The position numbers and the translations under genes are program-made. Source: an uncultured Planctomycetia bacterium (GTDB taxonomy: Bacteria; Omnitrophota; Gorgyraeia; Tantalellales; Tantalellaceae). Taken from it: DNA of 64,000 nt. Where the stretch lies: NCBI GenBank assembly GCA_964527765.1, contig CAZGQR010000005.1:2402-66401 (forward strand), given 5' to 3'. Below the pieces are notes generated by a model. That model made no database searches and was not told the origin of the DNA. It saw only the letters and a program-made list of their open reading frames with translations. Every line of letters begins with the position of its first letter. Within the stretch, counting starts at the first letter, position 1. Of this stretch, positions 11,230 through 20,913 are shown in pieces.

Positions 11230-11357
11230 TTTCTTACCTCCTTTTGCTTTAATTTTGAATTTAGAGCCGTTGTCAAAAAGTGCGAGACCTACATTATGAG
11301 ACACTTTTTTTCAGAAATTCTTTCAATTTTTTTTGAGAAAATGGGCTGAAAGGTCGG

Positions 11358-11804
11358 TTATTTTTTGGGATCGAACCGTGAAAGGATCTCGTCGGCTTTA
11401 TCTTTGTCACCGCGTTTCCATGCATCGTGGATCATGATAAGCATTCTTGTGGTCCTGGCGTCGATTATGCATTTTGCGCCCAGGAGCAGAGTTGCCGCCA
11501 GAAATTGCAGGAAATATTTTGGGAACAGGAAAGAGGACGCGAACGCCATTGTTGCCCCTATAAGCCACCGGTTTTTTCCGATCCAGCGAAACACCGTGCT
11601 CGCGATCTCGCCAATGTCGCGTTTATTGATAATATCGTGGGTTTCGGCTATCAGTTTTCGGCATTCCGCGCAGGCAGCAAGGTGTTTTTCTGTTTTGATC
11701 CTCTCTTCTGCCGAAAGAACCCCGCTTATGTATTCGCTTAATATTTCTTCGGATGGGCATATCCTGTTCATGATGGATCTCCTCCTTATCATTATAGACA
11801 ACAA
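11358..11804 (-). CDS. anti-sigma factor, zf-HC2 type with one TM segment
   Basis: HLAACAECRKL H-x3-C-x2-C motif, a hydrophobic helix (WLIGATMAFASSFLF), and position directly downstream of an ECF sigma. True start probably the internal Met near 11771. Confidence 0.55.
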   Translation of the reverse strand: MLSIMIRRRSIMNRICPSEEILSEYISGVLSAEERIKTEKHLAACAECRKLIAETHDIINKRDIGEIASTVFRWIGKNRWLIGATMAFASSFLFPKYFLQFLAATLLLGAKCIIDARTTRMLIMIHDAWKRGDKDKADEILSRFDPKK

Positions 11805-11851
11805 TTCAGCGCTTTTTCTTTCAAGTTTTTTTACATTCCGATATTTTTATA

Positions 11852-12517
11852 TTACATGTCCAGAATGTCCTTAAGGTTCCTTCGGAGCCGGTTCTTTGCC
11901 CTGCTGATCAGTGTCGCGACCGTCCCCTCGGGTATATTCATTATCTCCGCTATATCTTTCTGTTTTTTCCCGTCGTATATATTAAGTTTCAAGGCAAGCT
12001 GCTTTCTGTATCCGAGCTTTGAGATCTCTTTTTTCAGGATGTCTTTAAGTTCGTTCTCTTCCAGTGTTTTTGCGGTATTGAACTTGGGAGAGGGGATCAT
12101 GGAGCCGAGTTTTGTGTCCGGAGATCCGGGGAAAGGGCTTTCGTCCAGGGAAAGCGTGCCCCCGGCCCTGAATACGTGCCTTCTGCAGTAATTACTGGTC
12201 GCGTTAAGCGACACTATAACCAGCCAGCTTTTGAGAGAGACCGTATTTTTCACCCCCGAGAGCTTGCCTTTCTCCCATATTGAAAGGAATATTTCCTGAA
12301 CGATATCGCGGGTCTCGTTTTTCGGAAGATGTCTGCCGAGTTTGTTCAGTTTATATCTGACGCTTCTGGTCACAAGGCCGCCGTAGCGCCTGACGAATTC
12401 GTCCCAGGCGGCCGCGTCCCTGTCAATGCATCCTTGCAGTAGCTCTTTGGCGGTCATAACAGGGATATTATAGGCCATTTTTATCGGAAAATCAAGAAAA
12501 ATTTGATTTTTCATCAA
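11852..12517 (-). CDS. ECF (sigma-70 family) RNA polymerase sigma factor
   Basis: Region 2 (DIVQEIFLSIWEK) and region 4 HTH (QKDIAEIMNIPEGTVATLISRAKNRL). Start is ambiguous: TTG 12517, ATG 12514, or ATG 12457 (MTAKELL). Confidence 0.8.
   Translation of the reverse strand: MMKNQIFLDFPIKMAYNIPVMTAKELLQGCIDRDAAAWDEFVRRYGGLVTRSVRYKLNKLGRHLPKNETRDIVQEIFLSIWEKGKLSGVKNTVSLKSWLVIVSLNATSNYCRRHVFRAGGTLSLDESPFPGSPDTKLGSMIPSPKFNTAKTLEENELKDILKKEISKLGYRKQLALKLNIYDGKKQKDIAEIMNIPEGTVATLISRAKNRLRRNLKDILDM
12467..12495 (-). promoter_or_regulatory. TTGATT-17-TATAAT promoter inside the annotated N-terminal codons of the ECF sigma ORF
   Basis: On the minus strand, TTGATT (12495-12490) and TATAAT (12472-12467) are separated by 17 nt. 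The -10 lies 9 nt upstream of ATG 12457, which suggests a leaderless transcript starting at MTAKELL. Confidence 0.35.
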
Positions 12518-12620
12518 GAAGACATATCCGGTTCACATTTTCCTTGTAGGCGATTTTCTTTTTTAGTATATTAACTTAGATCGTGTGTTTATATTTCTTC
12601 GATCTAACCCGGATAAGGTA

Positions 12621-14351
12621 ATGGATAACAGGGAAATAGCCGCCATATTCTCTCATATCGCCGACGCGCTTGAAATAAAGGGCGAGAACGTGTTCAGGGT
12701 CCGCGCTTACAGGGTCGCATCCCAGAACATCACGGGGCTCTCCCGCGAGCTCGCGGATATATACAAGGAAGACCCCTCAAAGCTGGAGAAGATCCCGGGC
12801 ATCGGCAAGGACCTCAAGGAAAAGATCATCGAGATGATCACCACCTCCGGGCTCAAGTATTACGATGAACTGATGAAAGAATTCCCGCCCGGCTTCCTCG
12901 AGATGTTCGACCTTCCCGGTCTCGGGCCCAAGAAGTTGAAAAAATTAAGGGACGAGCTGGGGATAAAGAACGTGAACGACCTGGAAAAAGCCTGCAAGAA
13001 AGGAAAACTTGAGAGGATCGAAGGCATGGGAAAGAAGACCCAGGAAAAACTTCTGGAGTCGATAGAACACTTCAGGAAACGGGAAGGCCGGATGCTGCTA
13101 TCCGAAGCGGATGCCTGCGCGAACAGGATAGTCGAATACCTTTCGAAGTCCAAGAATTTCAAGAAGATAGAGAAAGCCGGCAGCCTGCGCAGGGGGAGGG
13201 AGACCATAGGAGATCTTGACATACTTACCGTGGCCGGCGACAGCAAAAAAGCCATGGACTATTTCGTGAGCTTCCCCGGTGTTGAGAGCGTGATAGCGAA
13301 AGGCCCCACCAAGTCGAGCGTATCCCTGAAAGGGGGCCCGCAGGTGGACCTCCGGGTAATAGACGCTTCGTGTTTCGGGGCGGCCCTCATGTATTTCACG
13401 GGCTCCAAGCAGCACAATGTGGAGATCCGCAAGATCGCCAAAAGCAGGAAGTACAAGGTGAGCGAATACGGCATGTTTTCCGTATCCCGCGGCAGGGAGA
13501 AGATGGTGGCCGGCAAGACCGAAGAAGAGGTGTACCGCAAACTCGGCATGCAGTGGATCCCTCCGGAACTAAGGGAGTCCCAGGGTGAGATCGAAGCCGC
13601 GATGAAAGGGACTCTTCCCGGGCGGCTTCTGGAGATAAAAGATATAAAGGGAGACCTGCATATACATACTGTTGCGTCTGACGGCAATTTTTCGGCGGAA
13701 GAAATGGCCGCCGCCGCCAAAAAGAAGGGCTATGAATACATGGCCGTGACCGATCATTCCAAGAACGTGCGGATCGCAGGCGGCATGGATGAAAAACGGC
13801 TGCTGAAGGAGATCGAAAAAACAAGAAAGATCGCCAAAAAGATCAAGGGCATAAAAGTGCTCATGGGCGTTGAGGTGGATATACTCGAGGGCGGAAAACT
13901 TGACCTCGAAGATCACGTGCTGAAAGAGCTTGATATCGTGATAGCGGCTGTTCACTCCCGTTTTTCGCTGGATAAGGAAAAACAGACCAGCCGCATCCTG
14001 AAGGGGATGGATAATAAATATGTCAATGTTCTCGCGCACCCGTCCGGCCGGCTCATAACGAGCCGCACCCCGCTCAAGGTCGATTTTGACAAGGTCTTCA
14101 AACACGCATCGGAGAACAATATCTATCTCGAGGTAAATACTCACGGGCAGCGCATGGATCTCAATGACGCACATTGCCGCAGGGCCCGGGAACTGGGCGC
14201 GAAGATCACCGTGAACACCGACGCGCACAGCATCGAACAGCTGGATGAGATGATCTACGGGGTCGTGACCGCCAGGAGGGGCTGGATCGAGAAAAAGGAC
14301 GTGCTTAATACCTACTCTTTTGATAAACTGCTTAAAGCGTTAAAGCGGTAG
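12621..14351 (+). CDS. polX: DNA polymerase X family protein with C-terminal PHP phosphoesterase domain
   Basis: Pol-beta-like HhH and palm motifs (GIGKDLKEKI, GSLRRGRETIGDLDIL) plus a PHP domain (DLHIHTVASDG, VNTDAHS). Confidence 0.85.
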   Translation: MDNREIAAIFSHIADALEIKGENVFRVRAYRVASQNITGLSRELADIYKEDPSKLEKIPGIGKDLKEKIIEMITTSGLKYYDELMKEFPPGFLEMFDLPGLGPKKLKKLRDELGIKNVNDLEKACKKGKLERIEGMGKKTQEKLLESIEHFRKREGRMLLSEADACANRIVEYLSKSKNFKKIEKAGSLRRGRETIGDLDILTVAGDSKKAMDYFVSFPGVESVIAKGPTKSSVSLKGGPQVDLRVIDASCFGAALMYFTGSKQHNVEIRKIAKSRKYKVSEYGMFSVSRGREKMVAGKTEEEVYRKLGMQWIPPELRESQGEIEAAMKGTLPGRLLEIKDIKGDLHIHTVASDGNFSAEEMAAAAKKKGYEYMAVTDHSKNVRIAGGMDEKRLLKEIEKTRKIAKKIKGIKVLMGVEVDILEGGKLDLEDHVLKELDIVIAAVHSRFSLDKEKQTSRILKGMDNKYVNVLAHPSGRLITSRTPLKVDFDKVFKHASENNIYLEVNTHGQRMDLNDAHCRRARELGAKITVNTDAHSIEQLDEMIYGVVTARRGWIEKKDVLNTYSFDKLLKALKR

Positions 14352-14396
14352 AGGGACACTTTCACCCTTAAAAACGGGGACACTTGCGAGGCTAAA

Positions 14397-16385
14397 TTGG
14401 CAAACGGTACAAAAAAAAGGATAGACTGGCTGCGGAAGGAGCTGCGCCGGCACAACGAACTTTATTATGTAAAGGGCAAGCCGGAGATATCGGACAGCCG
14501 GTACGACGAGCTCATGAGGGAGCTTAAGGAGCTGGAAAAAAAGCACCCCCGGTACATGTCGCCGGATTCTCCCACCCAGACCGTGGGAGCGCCTATCCCG
14601 GAGAAGTTCGTGAAGGTCAGGCACCGCTTCCCGATGTTGAGCCTTGAGAGCGTGAGCGATGAAGAAGCGGCGGAGCATTTTGACCGGACATGCGGTAAAG
14701 AGATAGGGACCGCGCCCGAGTACACGTGTGAGCCGAAGCTTGACGGGATCAGCATAGAGCTGGTGTACGAGAACGGCGCCTTTACGTCCGGCTCCACCCG
14801 CGGCGACGGGATAGTCGGGGAGGACGTGACGCTGAATCTCAAGACCATCCCGGACGTGCCCGGGCGCCTCAAAGGAAAAAAGCCCCCGCGGCGCATCGCG
14901 GTGCGCGGGGAAGTCATGATGCACATAAAGGATTTCCGGGAGCTTAACAAGAAACAGGCCGCCGAGGGCAAGGACCTTTTCGCGAATCCCCGCAACGTGG
15001 CCGCCGGATCGATGCGCCAGCTCGACTGGCGGATAACCGGCCAGAGAAAACTGCACGTTTACTGCTACCGCATACTTGATATCTCCGAGGGGATGCCGAA
15101 AAGCCAGACGGAAGCGCTGAAGTTCCTTAAGGAGCTCGGGTTCCGGATATCCCCCAACGCCAGGCACTGTTCCGGCGTGAAGGAGGTGATCGCCTATCAT
15201 CATGATATGGAGAAGAAGCGCGACGATCTTGATTACGAGATAGACGGGGTGGTGGTCAAGGTCGATGATATCGCTTCCCAGGAGAAGCTGGGCAGGCGCA
15301 CCACCAACCCGAGATGGGCGATCGCGTACAAGTTCGAACCGCGCAAGGAGATCACCCGCGTGGAAGATATTACCGTCCAGGTCGGCCGGACGGGGGTCCT
15401 TACGCCCCTGGCGCTTTTGCAGTCGGTCGAGGTCGGCGGGGTGACGGTCTCCCGGGCTACGTTACATAACATGGACCAGATCGCGAAACTGGGCGTGAAG
15501 ATCGGCGATTACGTGAAGGTGGAAAGGGCCGGCGATGTCATCCCGCATATCACGGAGGTCCTCAAGAGGAGACGGACCGGCGGCGAAAAGGAATTCCGCA
15601 TGCCGAAAAAATGCCCGAGCTGCGGGACGCCGATCGAACGGGAAGATGTCTTTTACCGGTGCCCGGCGAGTATCGCGTGCCCGGCCCAGCTCAAGGAGGC
15701 GATGATCCATTACGCCTCTAAGGGAGCCGTTGATATAGACGGGTTTTCGGATAAGACGGTCGAACTGCTGTATGAGAAAGGGCTGATCAAGAGCATAGCG
15801 GACATATATACGCTTAAGCGCGGCGATCTTCTGCGTCTGGAGGGGTGGAAGGAGAGGAAAACGGATAACGTTCTCGGCGCGATAGAGAAAGCGAAGGACG
15901 TGCCCCTGGACAGGTTTGTTTTCGGTCTGGGGATAAGGAATGTGGGAAAGCATATCGCTACCCTTCTGGCGGGCAGATTCGGGACCCTGGAGAATATAAT
16001 GGCCGCCGGCAGGGAGGAGCTCATGGAGATAAACGAAATAGGGCCGGAGATCGCGGAGAGTATCGCTGATTTCTTCAGCAGGAAGAAAAACCTTGATCAG
16101 ATAAAGCAATTGAGGAAGAACGGCGTCGTTGTGCGTGAAAAAAAGAAGACCGGCGGGGGAAAACTCGCAAACAAAAGAATAGTCTTCACGGGGTCCCTTG
16201 AGAGCATGACGCGCTCGGAGGCTAGAAAACTCGTGGAATCCGAGGGCGGGGAAACCCTATCGAGCGTCGGTTCCAGCACGGATCTTGTCGTCGCCGGAGA
16301 GGAAGCCGGGTCAAAGCTTGATAAAGCGAAAAAATTAGGGATAAAGGTCATTACGGAAAGCGAATTCAAAAAACTTGTCAGTTGA
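14397..16385 (+). CDS. ligA: NAD-dependent DNA ligase
   Basis: Adenylation motif KLDGISIEL, Zn-finger Cys cluster (CPSCGTPIERE, CPAQL), HhH repeats and a C-terminal BRCT. Confidence 0.95.
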   Translation: MANGTKKRIDWLRKELRRHNELYYVKGKPEISDSRYDELMRELKELEKKHPRYMSPDSPTQTVGAPIPEKFVKVRHRFPMLSLESVSDEEAAEHFDRTCGKEIGTAPEYTCEPKLDGISIELVYENGAFTSGSTRGDGIVGEDVTLNLKTIPDVPGRLKGKKPPRRIAVRGEVMMHIKDFRELNKKQAAEGKDLFANPRNVAAGSMRQLDWRITGQRKLHVYCYRILDISEGMPKSQTEALKFLKELGFRISPNARHCSGVKEVIAYHHDMEKKRDDLDYEIDGVVVKVDDIASQEKLGRRTTNPRWAIAYKFEPRKEITRVEDITVQVGRTGVLTPLALLQSVEVGGVTVSRATLHNMDQIAKLGVKIGDYVKVERAGDVIPHITEVLKRRRTGGEKEFRMPKKCPSCGTPIEREDVFYRCPASIACPAQLKEAMIHYASKGAVDIDGFSDKTVELLYEKGLIKSIADIYTLKRGDLLRLEGWKERKTDNVLGAIEKAKDVPLDRFVFGLGIRNVGKHIATLLAGRFGTLENIMAAGREELMEINEIGPEIAESIADFFSRKKNLDQIKQLRKNGVVVREKKKTGGGKLANKRIVFTGSLESMTRSEARKLVESEGGETLSSVGSSTDLVVAGEEAGSKLDKAKKLGIKVITESEFKKLVS

Positions 16386-16471
16386 TCCTTCCCGGGTCCA
16401 TCCAAACCTGCGTAACCCCGTATAAATCCACACATTACCGCCGTCCGGAGTAAGCATCGGATTTAATTACA

Positions 16472-16500
16472 TTGACACGGCTTCCCATAATAGATATAAT
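16472..16500 (+). promoter_or_regulatory. consensus sigma70 promoter TTGACA-17-TATAAT upstream of lysS
   Basis: TTGACA at 16472-16477, a 17-nt spacer, TATAAT at 16495-16500. Gives a ~145-nt leader before the lysS ATG. Confidence 0.6.
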
Positions 16501-16645
16501 TTGGGGGTAAAATAATTGTAATATAACGCCAAAATACCCGCCGGTCATGCGGGTAATTCGAGATTGGAAAGGGAGTGGTGTCTCCCGTATTTTCAAGAAG
16601 GGGAGCTTTTATATATTTTACCAAGCTTTTAAAAGGATAATTATC

Positions 16646-18079
16646 ATGGCGGAAGAAAAAAATGAGCTTATTGAGCAACGGTACAAGAACCTGGAAGAGC
16701 TTGAGAAAGAAGGGATAAGCCCTTTTGGCGAAAGTTTTTCCGATGTTCAGAGCATAGAGTCCGTAAAGAATGATTACTCCGAAGGGCGCAAGGTCAGGAT
16801 CGCGGGCAGGATAATGGCCAGAAGAGAACACGGCAAGAGCGCTTTTCTGGACATCAAGGATTCCACGGGCAAGCTGCAGGCATACCTGAGGAAGGACGTC
16901 ATAGGGGATGAGGCTTTCGGCAGACTGAACAACCTGGATATAGGGGATATCATGGGAGTTGACGGCGAGCTTTTCAGGACAAGAACGGGAGAAGATACCG
17001 TAAAGGTGACCGAATATCGCCTCCTGTCCAAGTCTCTTCTGCCCCTTCCCGAAAAGTGGCACGGCCTGAAGGACGTAGAGACCAGGTACCGCCAGAGATA
17101 CGTCGACCTGATAGTCAACGATTCGGCGCGTGAAAAATTCAAGGCCCGTATCGGGCTTATCCGGAATATAAGGGAGGAGCTTGACAGGAGAGGTTTTCTT
17201 GAGGTCGAAACGCCGATGATGCATCCGGTGCCCGGCGGCGCCGCGGGAAAACCTTTCAAGACGCACCACGAAGCGCTGGATATAGACCTGTATCTGAGGA
17301 TCGCCCCGGAAATATACCTTAAGAAACTTCTTGTAGGGGGATTTGAAAAGGTGTTCGAGATAAACCGCTCTTTCCGGAACGAGGGTATCTCCACGAGGCA
17401 CAACCCCGAATTCACCATGCTGGAGGTGTACGAGGCGTATTCCGACTCGAGTGGCATGATGAAACTTACCGAAGAGCTTATCCGTTCCGCGGCAAAGGCC
17501 ATACTCGGCACGGAAACGTTCAGTTACCAGGACAGGAAGGTGGACCTGACGGCCTGGAAAAAGATCTCGTTCGCGGAGCTTATGGAAGATAATTTCGGCA
17601 TCAGGATCGACGATCCGCTGGCCGAATGGGTAAGCAAGCTCAAGGCAAAGGGGATCGAGATAGAGGGCGATACCGTCAGCAAGACGCAGATCATCAATAT
17701 CGTGGGCGAACTTGTCGAACCGAAGACCGAAACGCACCCGGTTTTTGTCGTGGACATGTTCAAGGAACTGAGCCCGCTGGCAAAAGAAAAAAAGGGCGCC
17801 CCCGGGCTGGTCGACAGGTTCGAGCTGTATATCGGAGGGCTTGAGGTGGCTAACGCTTATTCGGAGCTCAACGACCCTATCGATCAGCGCAGGAGGTTCG
17901 AGGAACAGGTCAAGACGGACCCGGATGCGATGGTCGATGATGATTTTATCAGGGCGCTTGAATACGGGATGCCGCCCGCCGGAGGCCTGGGGATAGGGAT
18001 AGACCGGCTTGCCATGATCTTTACGGATTCGGCGAGTATCCGGGAAGTGATCTTCTTTCCCCATATGAGGCCGGAGTAA
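16646..18079 (+). CDS. lysS: lysine--tRNA ligase (class II)
   Basis: Start at MAEEKN with an AAAAGGA RBS. Anticodon-binding OB fold and class II motifs (FRNEGIS, GGLGIGIDRL). The track N-terminal extension to 16547 has no RBS. Confidence 0.9.
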   Translation: MAEEKNELIEQRYKNLEELEKEGISPFGESFSDVQSIESVKNDYSEGRKVRIAGRIMARREHGKSAFLDIKDSTGKLQAYLRKDVIGDEAFGRLNNLDIGDIMGVDGELFRTRTGEDTVKVTEYRLLSKSLLPLPEKWHGLKDVETRYRQRYVDLIVNDSAREKFKARIGLIRNIREELDRRGFLEVETPMMHPVPGGAAGKPFKTHHEALDIDLYLRIAPEIYLKKLLVGGFEKVFEINRSFRNEGISTRHNPEFTMLEVYEAYSDSSGMMKLTEELIRSAAKAILGTETFSYQDRKVDLTAWKKISFAELMEDNFGIRIDDPLAEWVSKLKAKGIEIEGDTVSKTQIINIVGELVEPKTETHPVFVVDMFKELSPLAKEKKGAPGLVDRFELYIGGLEVANAYSELNDPIDQRRRFEEQVKTDPDAMVDDDFIRALEYGMPPAGGLGIGIDRLAMIFTDSASIREVIFFPHMRPE

Positions 18080-18087
18080 ATAGTAGC

Positions 18088-19299
18088 ATGTGGACTTTAT
18101 TTATAAGCATCAAATACTTTTTGACCAGGAGAAAAGAAGGGATGATATCCCTGATAGGGGGCATTTCCGTCCTGGGAGTGGCGCTGGGCGTAGCGTCTCT
18201 TATTATTGTCCTGTCGGTGATGAACGGTTTTGATGCGGAGATCCGGAATAAGATCATCGGGACCTACGCCCACGTGATCGTATCAAGGGAGGGGGGTATA
18301 GTTGATCCCACGGCCATGGTATCGCGTGTCGAGTCCATGCCGGGGGTAAAAAGCGCTTCGCCTTTTGTGACCGGGCAGGCGGCGCTGAGGAAGGGTAATG
18401 CCGTCACGGGCGTCCTCCTGAAGGGGGTAGACGCGGAAAAAGAGTCCGAAGTGAGCGAAGTGATAAAATATGCGGGCTCTGCCGGAACCCGGCTGGGAAA
18501 TAATACCATTGTTCTCGGCAGCGAACTGATGAAGAGCGAGGGCATTTCCGTGGGCGATACCGTGGAGATGATCATGCCGTATTCAGTGGTGGATATGGAA
18601 AAGGCCAGGCTAAAGGTCATAGGAAGTTTTAACTCCGGGCGGTACGATTATGACGCGAATATAGCCGTTATCGGGCTGGGGACCGCGCAGCGGCTTTTCC
18701 GCATGGGAAGCGCGGTGACCGGTATCGGCATACGGGTAAAGGACGAGATGGGAGTGAACGGCTTGAAGACGCGCCTGCAGTCCTCTCTGGGATACCCCTA
18801 TATCGTAAAGAGCTGGATGGATCTCGACCGTAACCTTGTGACCGCGCTTGCGCTGGAGAAAAAGATGATGTTCATCATACTGGCGCTTATAGTCATGGTC
18901 GCCTGTTTCAATATTGCCGGTTCTCTTATAATGATGGTCATGGAGAAGACGAGGGATATCGGTATCCTTAAGGCGATCGGGGCGAATTCCCGCGGGGTAA
19001 GACTTGTTTTCCTGCTGGAGGGGGCCATTGTAGGGCTGCTGGGCATCGCGGTAGGAGGCTTCTCGGGTGTTTTCATAGCGGAGAGGGTCAACGTCGTGGC
19101 TGATTTCGTCGAACAGGTGACCGGGATAACTATCTTTCCCAGCGACGTGTATTATTTCACGGAGATACCGGTCCGGGTGAGTGCGCTGGATGTCAGCATG
19201 ATCATTTCAGTGGCCATGCTCCTGGCGCTGGCTGCCGGGATATATCCGGCATGGAAAGCGTCCCGGCTTGATCCGGTGGAAGCGATAAGGTACGAATAG
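18088..19299 (+). CDS. lolE: lipoprotein-releasing system permease, LolC/LolE (FtsX) family
   Basis: 403 aa: N-terminal TM, a periplasmic domain, then a C-terminal FtsX 3-TM bundle. Followed by an ABC ATPase. Confidence 0.7.
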   Translation: MWTLFISIKYFLTRRKEGMISLIGGISVLGVALGVASLIIVLSVMNGFDAEIRNKIIGTYAHVIVSREGGIVDPTAMVSRVESMPGVKSASPFVTGQAALRKGNAVTGVLLKGVDAEKESEVSEVIKYAGSAGTRLGNNTIVLGSELMKSEGISVGDTVEMIMPYSVVDMEKARLKVIGSFNSGRYDYDANIAVIGLGTAQRLFRMGSAVTGIGIRVKDEMGVNGLKTRLQSSLGYPYIVKSWMDLDRNLVTALALEKKMMFIILALIVMVACFNIAGSLIMMVMEKTRDIGILKAIGANSRGVRLVFLLEGAIVGLLGIAVGGFSGVFIAERVNVVADFVEQVTGITIFPSDVYYFTEIPVRVSALDVSMIISVAMLLALAAGIYPAWKASRLDPVEAIRYE

Positions 19300-19307
19300 G
19301 ACCAAAG

Positions 19308-20039
19308 ATGATAAAAGCCGAAAATATAAGTAAAAGCTTCAGGCAGGGAACAAAAACCGTCGATGCGGTGAAAAAAGCGAAGCTGCAGATCGGTAAAGGC
19401 GAGCGCGTGTATATACACGGCCCTTCGGGGGCGGGAAAGTCCACGCTTCTTCACATGCTCGGGGGCTTGAGCCTTCCAACGGAAGGAAGAGTGACGTTCC
19501 TGGGGAAGGATATATACGGCCGGAGCGACAGGGAAAGAAGCCGGCTGAGGAACAGGAATTTCGGGTTCATTTTCCAGTTCTATCATCTTTTATCCGAGTT
19601 GAGCGTCCTGGAAAATGTGATGCTGCCTTCGATGATAAAAGGCGGGGAGACGGTCGGGAATATCAGGTCGCGGGCCGCCGGGATCCTGGAGACCGTTGGC
19701 ATGGCGGATCGCCTGATGCACAGGCCGTCCCAGCTTTCAGGCGGGGAAGCCCAGAGAACGGCCATAGCCAGGGCGCTGGTGAATTCGCCTGACGCGCTCT
19801 TTTGCGACGAGCCGACCGGCAACCTGGATTCGGAGATGAGCAGAGAGATCTACGCCCTTATCCGCGATATCAGCGAGAAGAGAGGAATGAGCGTGATAGT
19901 GGTCTCGCACCAGGACGTGGACAGGGGATTTTTTCATACTGAATACGCGATGAAAGACGGGGTACTGGAAAGAACGCCGGATGATCCGGCGATGGATAGC
20001 AGGATCAAGATAACAAAAGAGGTGATGGATGGGGCTTAA
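19308..20039 (+). CDS. lolD: lipoprotein-releasing system ATP-binding protein
   Basis: Walker A GPSGAGKST, signature LSGGEAQR, Walker B. Confidence 0.8.
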   Translation: MIKAENISKSFRQGTKTVDAVKKAKLQIGKGERVYIHGPSGAGKSTLLHMLGGLSLPTEGRVTFLGKDIYGRSDRERSRLRNRNFGFIFQFYHLLSELSVLENVMLPSMIKGGETVGNIRSRAAGILETVGMADRLMHRPSQLSGGEAQRTAIARALVNSPDALFCDEPTGNLDSEMSREIYALIRDISEKRGMSVIVVSHQDVDRGFFHTEYAMKDGVLERTPDDPAMDSRIKITKEVMDGA

Positions 20040-20901
20040 GGTTTTTCTTAACGGAAAGTTCATGGACAGCGAAGACGCCAGGATATCCATTTTCGACCAC
20101 GGGCTCCTTTACGGCGACGGCGTATTTGAAGGGATAAGGTCGTATAGCAGAAAAGTGTTCCGGCTCAACGAGCATCTTAACCGTTTGTACGAGAGCGCCG
20201 ACGCCATAAGGCTCGAGATACCCATCAAGAAGGAGGAGTTCAGGGAGGGGATACTCAAGACCCTTAAAATGAACGATCTGGATAACGCGTATATCCGAGC
20301 GGTTGTGACCAGGGGTGTCGGTGATCTTGGCCTGGATCCGCGCAAATGCAAAGACCCGAGCATATTCATTATTACCGATAAGATCGCTCTTTATCCTAAG
20401 GATTTTTACGAGAAAGGGCTGCCCATCGTGATAGCGAAGACGCGGCGGAACCATCCCATCACGGTGGACCCGCGCATAAAATCCCTGAACTATCTGAACA
20501 ACATCCTGGGGAGGATAGACGCCATAGATGCGGGGACCGAGGAAGCGCTCATGCTCAGTCTCGACGGATATGTCGTCGAGTGCACCGGGGATAATATTTT
20601 CATCATCAAGGACCGGCAGCTCCTGACACCGCCGTCCGATCTTGGCGCGCTTGAAGGCGTGACCCAGGACGTCGTGATAGAGCTTGCAAAGAAAAGAGGC
20701 ATCTCCACGGAGTACAAGAAAATGTTCCCCGAAGAGCTCTTTGAGGCAGATGAGTGTTTTCTCACCGGGACAGCGGCCGAGATCGTGCCGGTGATCAAGA
20801 TAAACGGAAAGGAGATCGGCACGGGCAAACCGGGAGAGATCACCAGGCAGCTGCGCCGGGATTACCGGGAACTGACCGGCACGGAAGGGGCCGAGTATTA
20901 A
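20029..20901 (+). CDS. ilvE: class IV aminotransferase (branched-chain amino acid or D-amino-acid aminotransferase)
   Basis: DHGLLYGDGVFEGIRSY and EC/TGDNIF motifs of fold-type IV PLP enzymes; 290 aa. Confidence 0.7.
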   Translation: MGLKVFLNGKFMDSEDARISIFDHGLLYGDGVFEGIRSYSRKVFRLNEHLNRLYESADAIRLEIPIKKEEFREGILKTLKMNDLDNAYIRAVVTRGVGDLGLDPRKCKDPSIFIITDKIALYPKDFYEKGLPIVIAKTRRNHPITVDPRIKSLNYLNNILGRIDAIDAGTEEALMLSLDGYVVECTGDNIFIIKDRQLLTPPSDLGALEGVTQDVVIELAKKRGISTEYKKMFPEELFEADECFLTGTAAEIVPVIKINGKEIGTGKPGEITRQLRRDYRELTGTEGAEY

Positions 20902-20913
20902 AGGGTGCTTGAT

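Noticed and set aside
16547-16645. 33-codon N-terminal extension of lysS from the first in-frame ATG
   Set aside because: No RBS, and it overlaps the leader hairpins. ATG 16646 has an AAAAGGA RBS and gives the standard LysS N-terminus.
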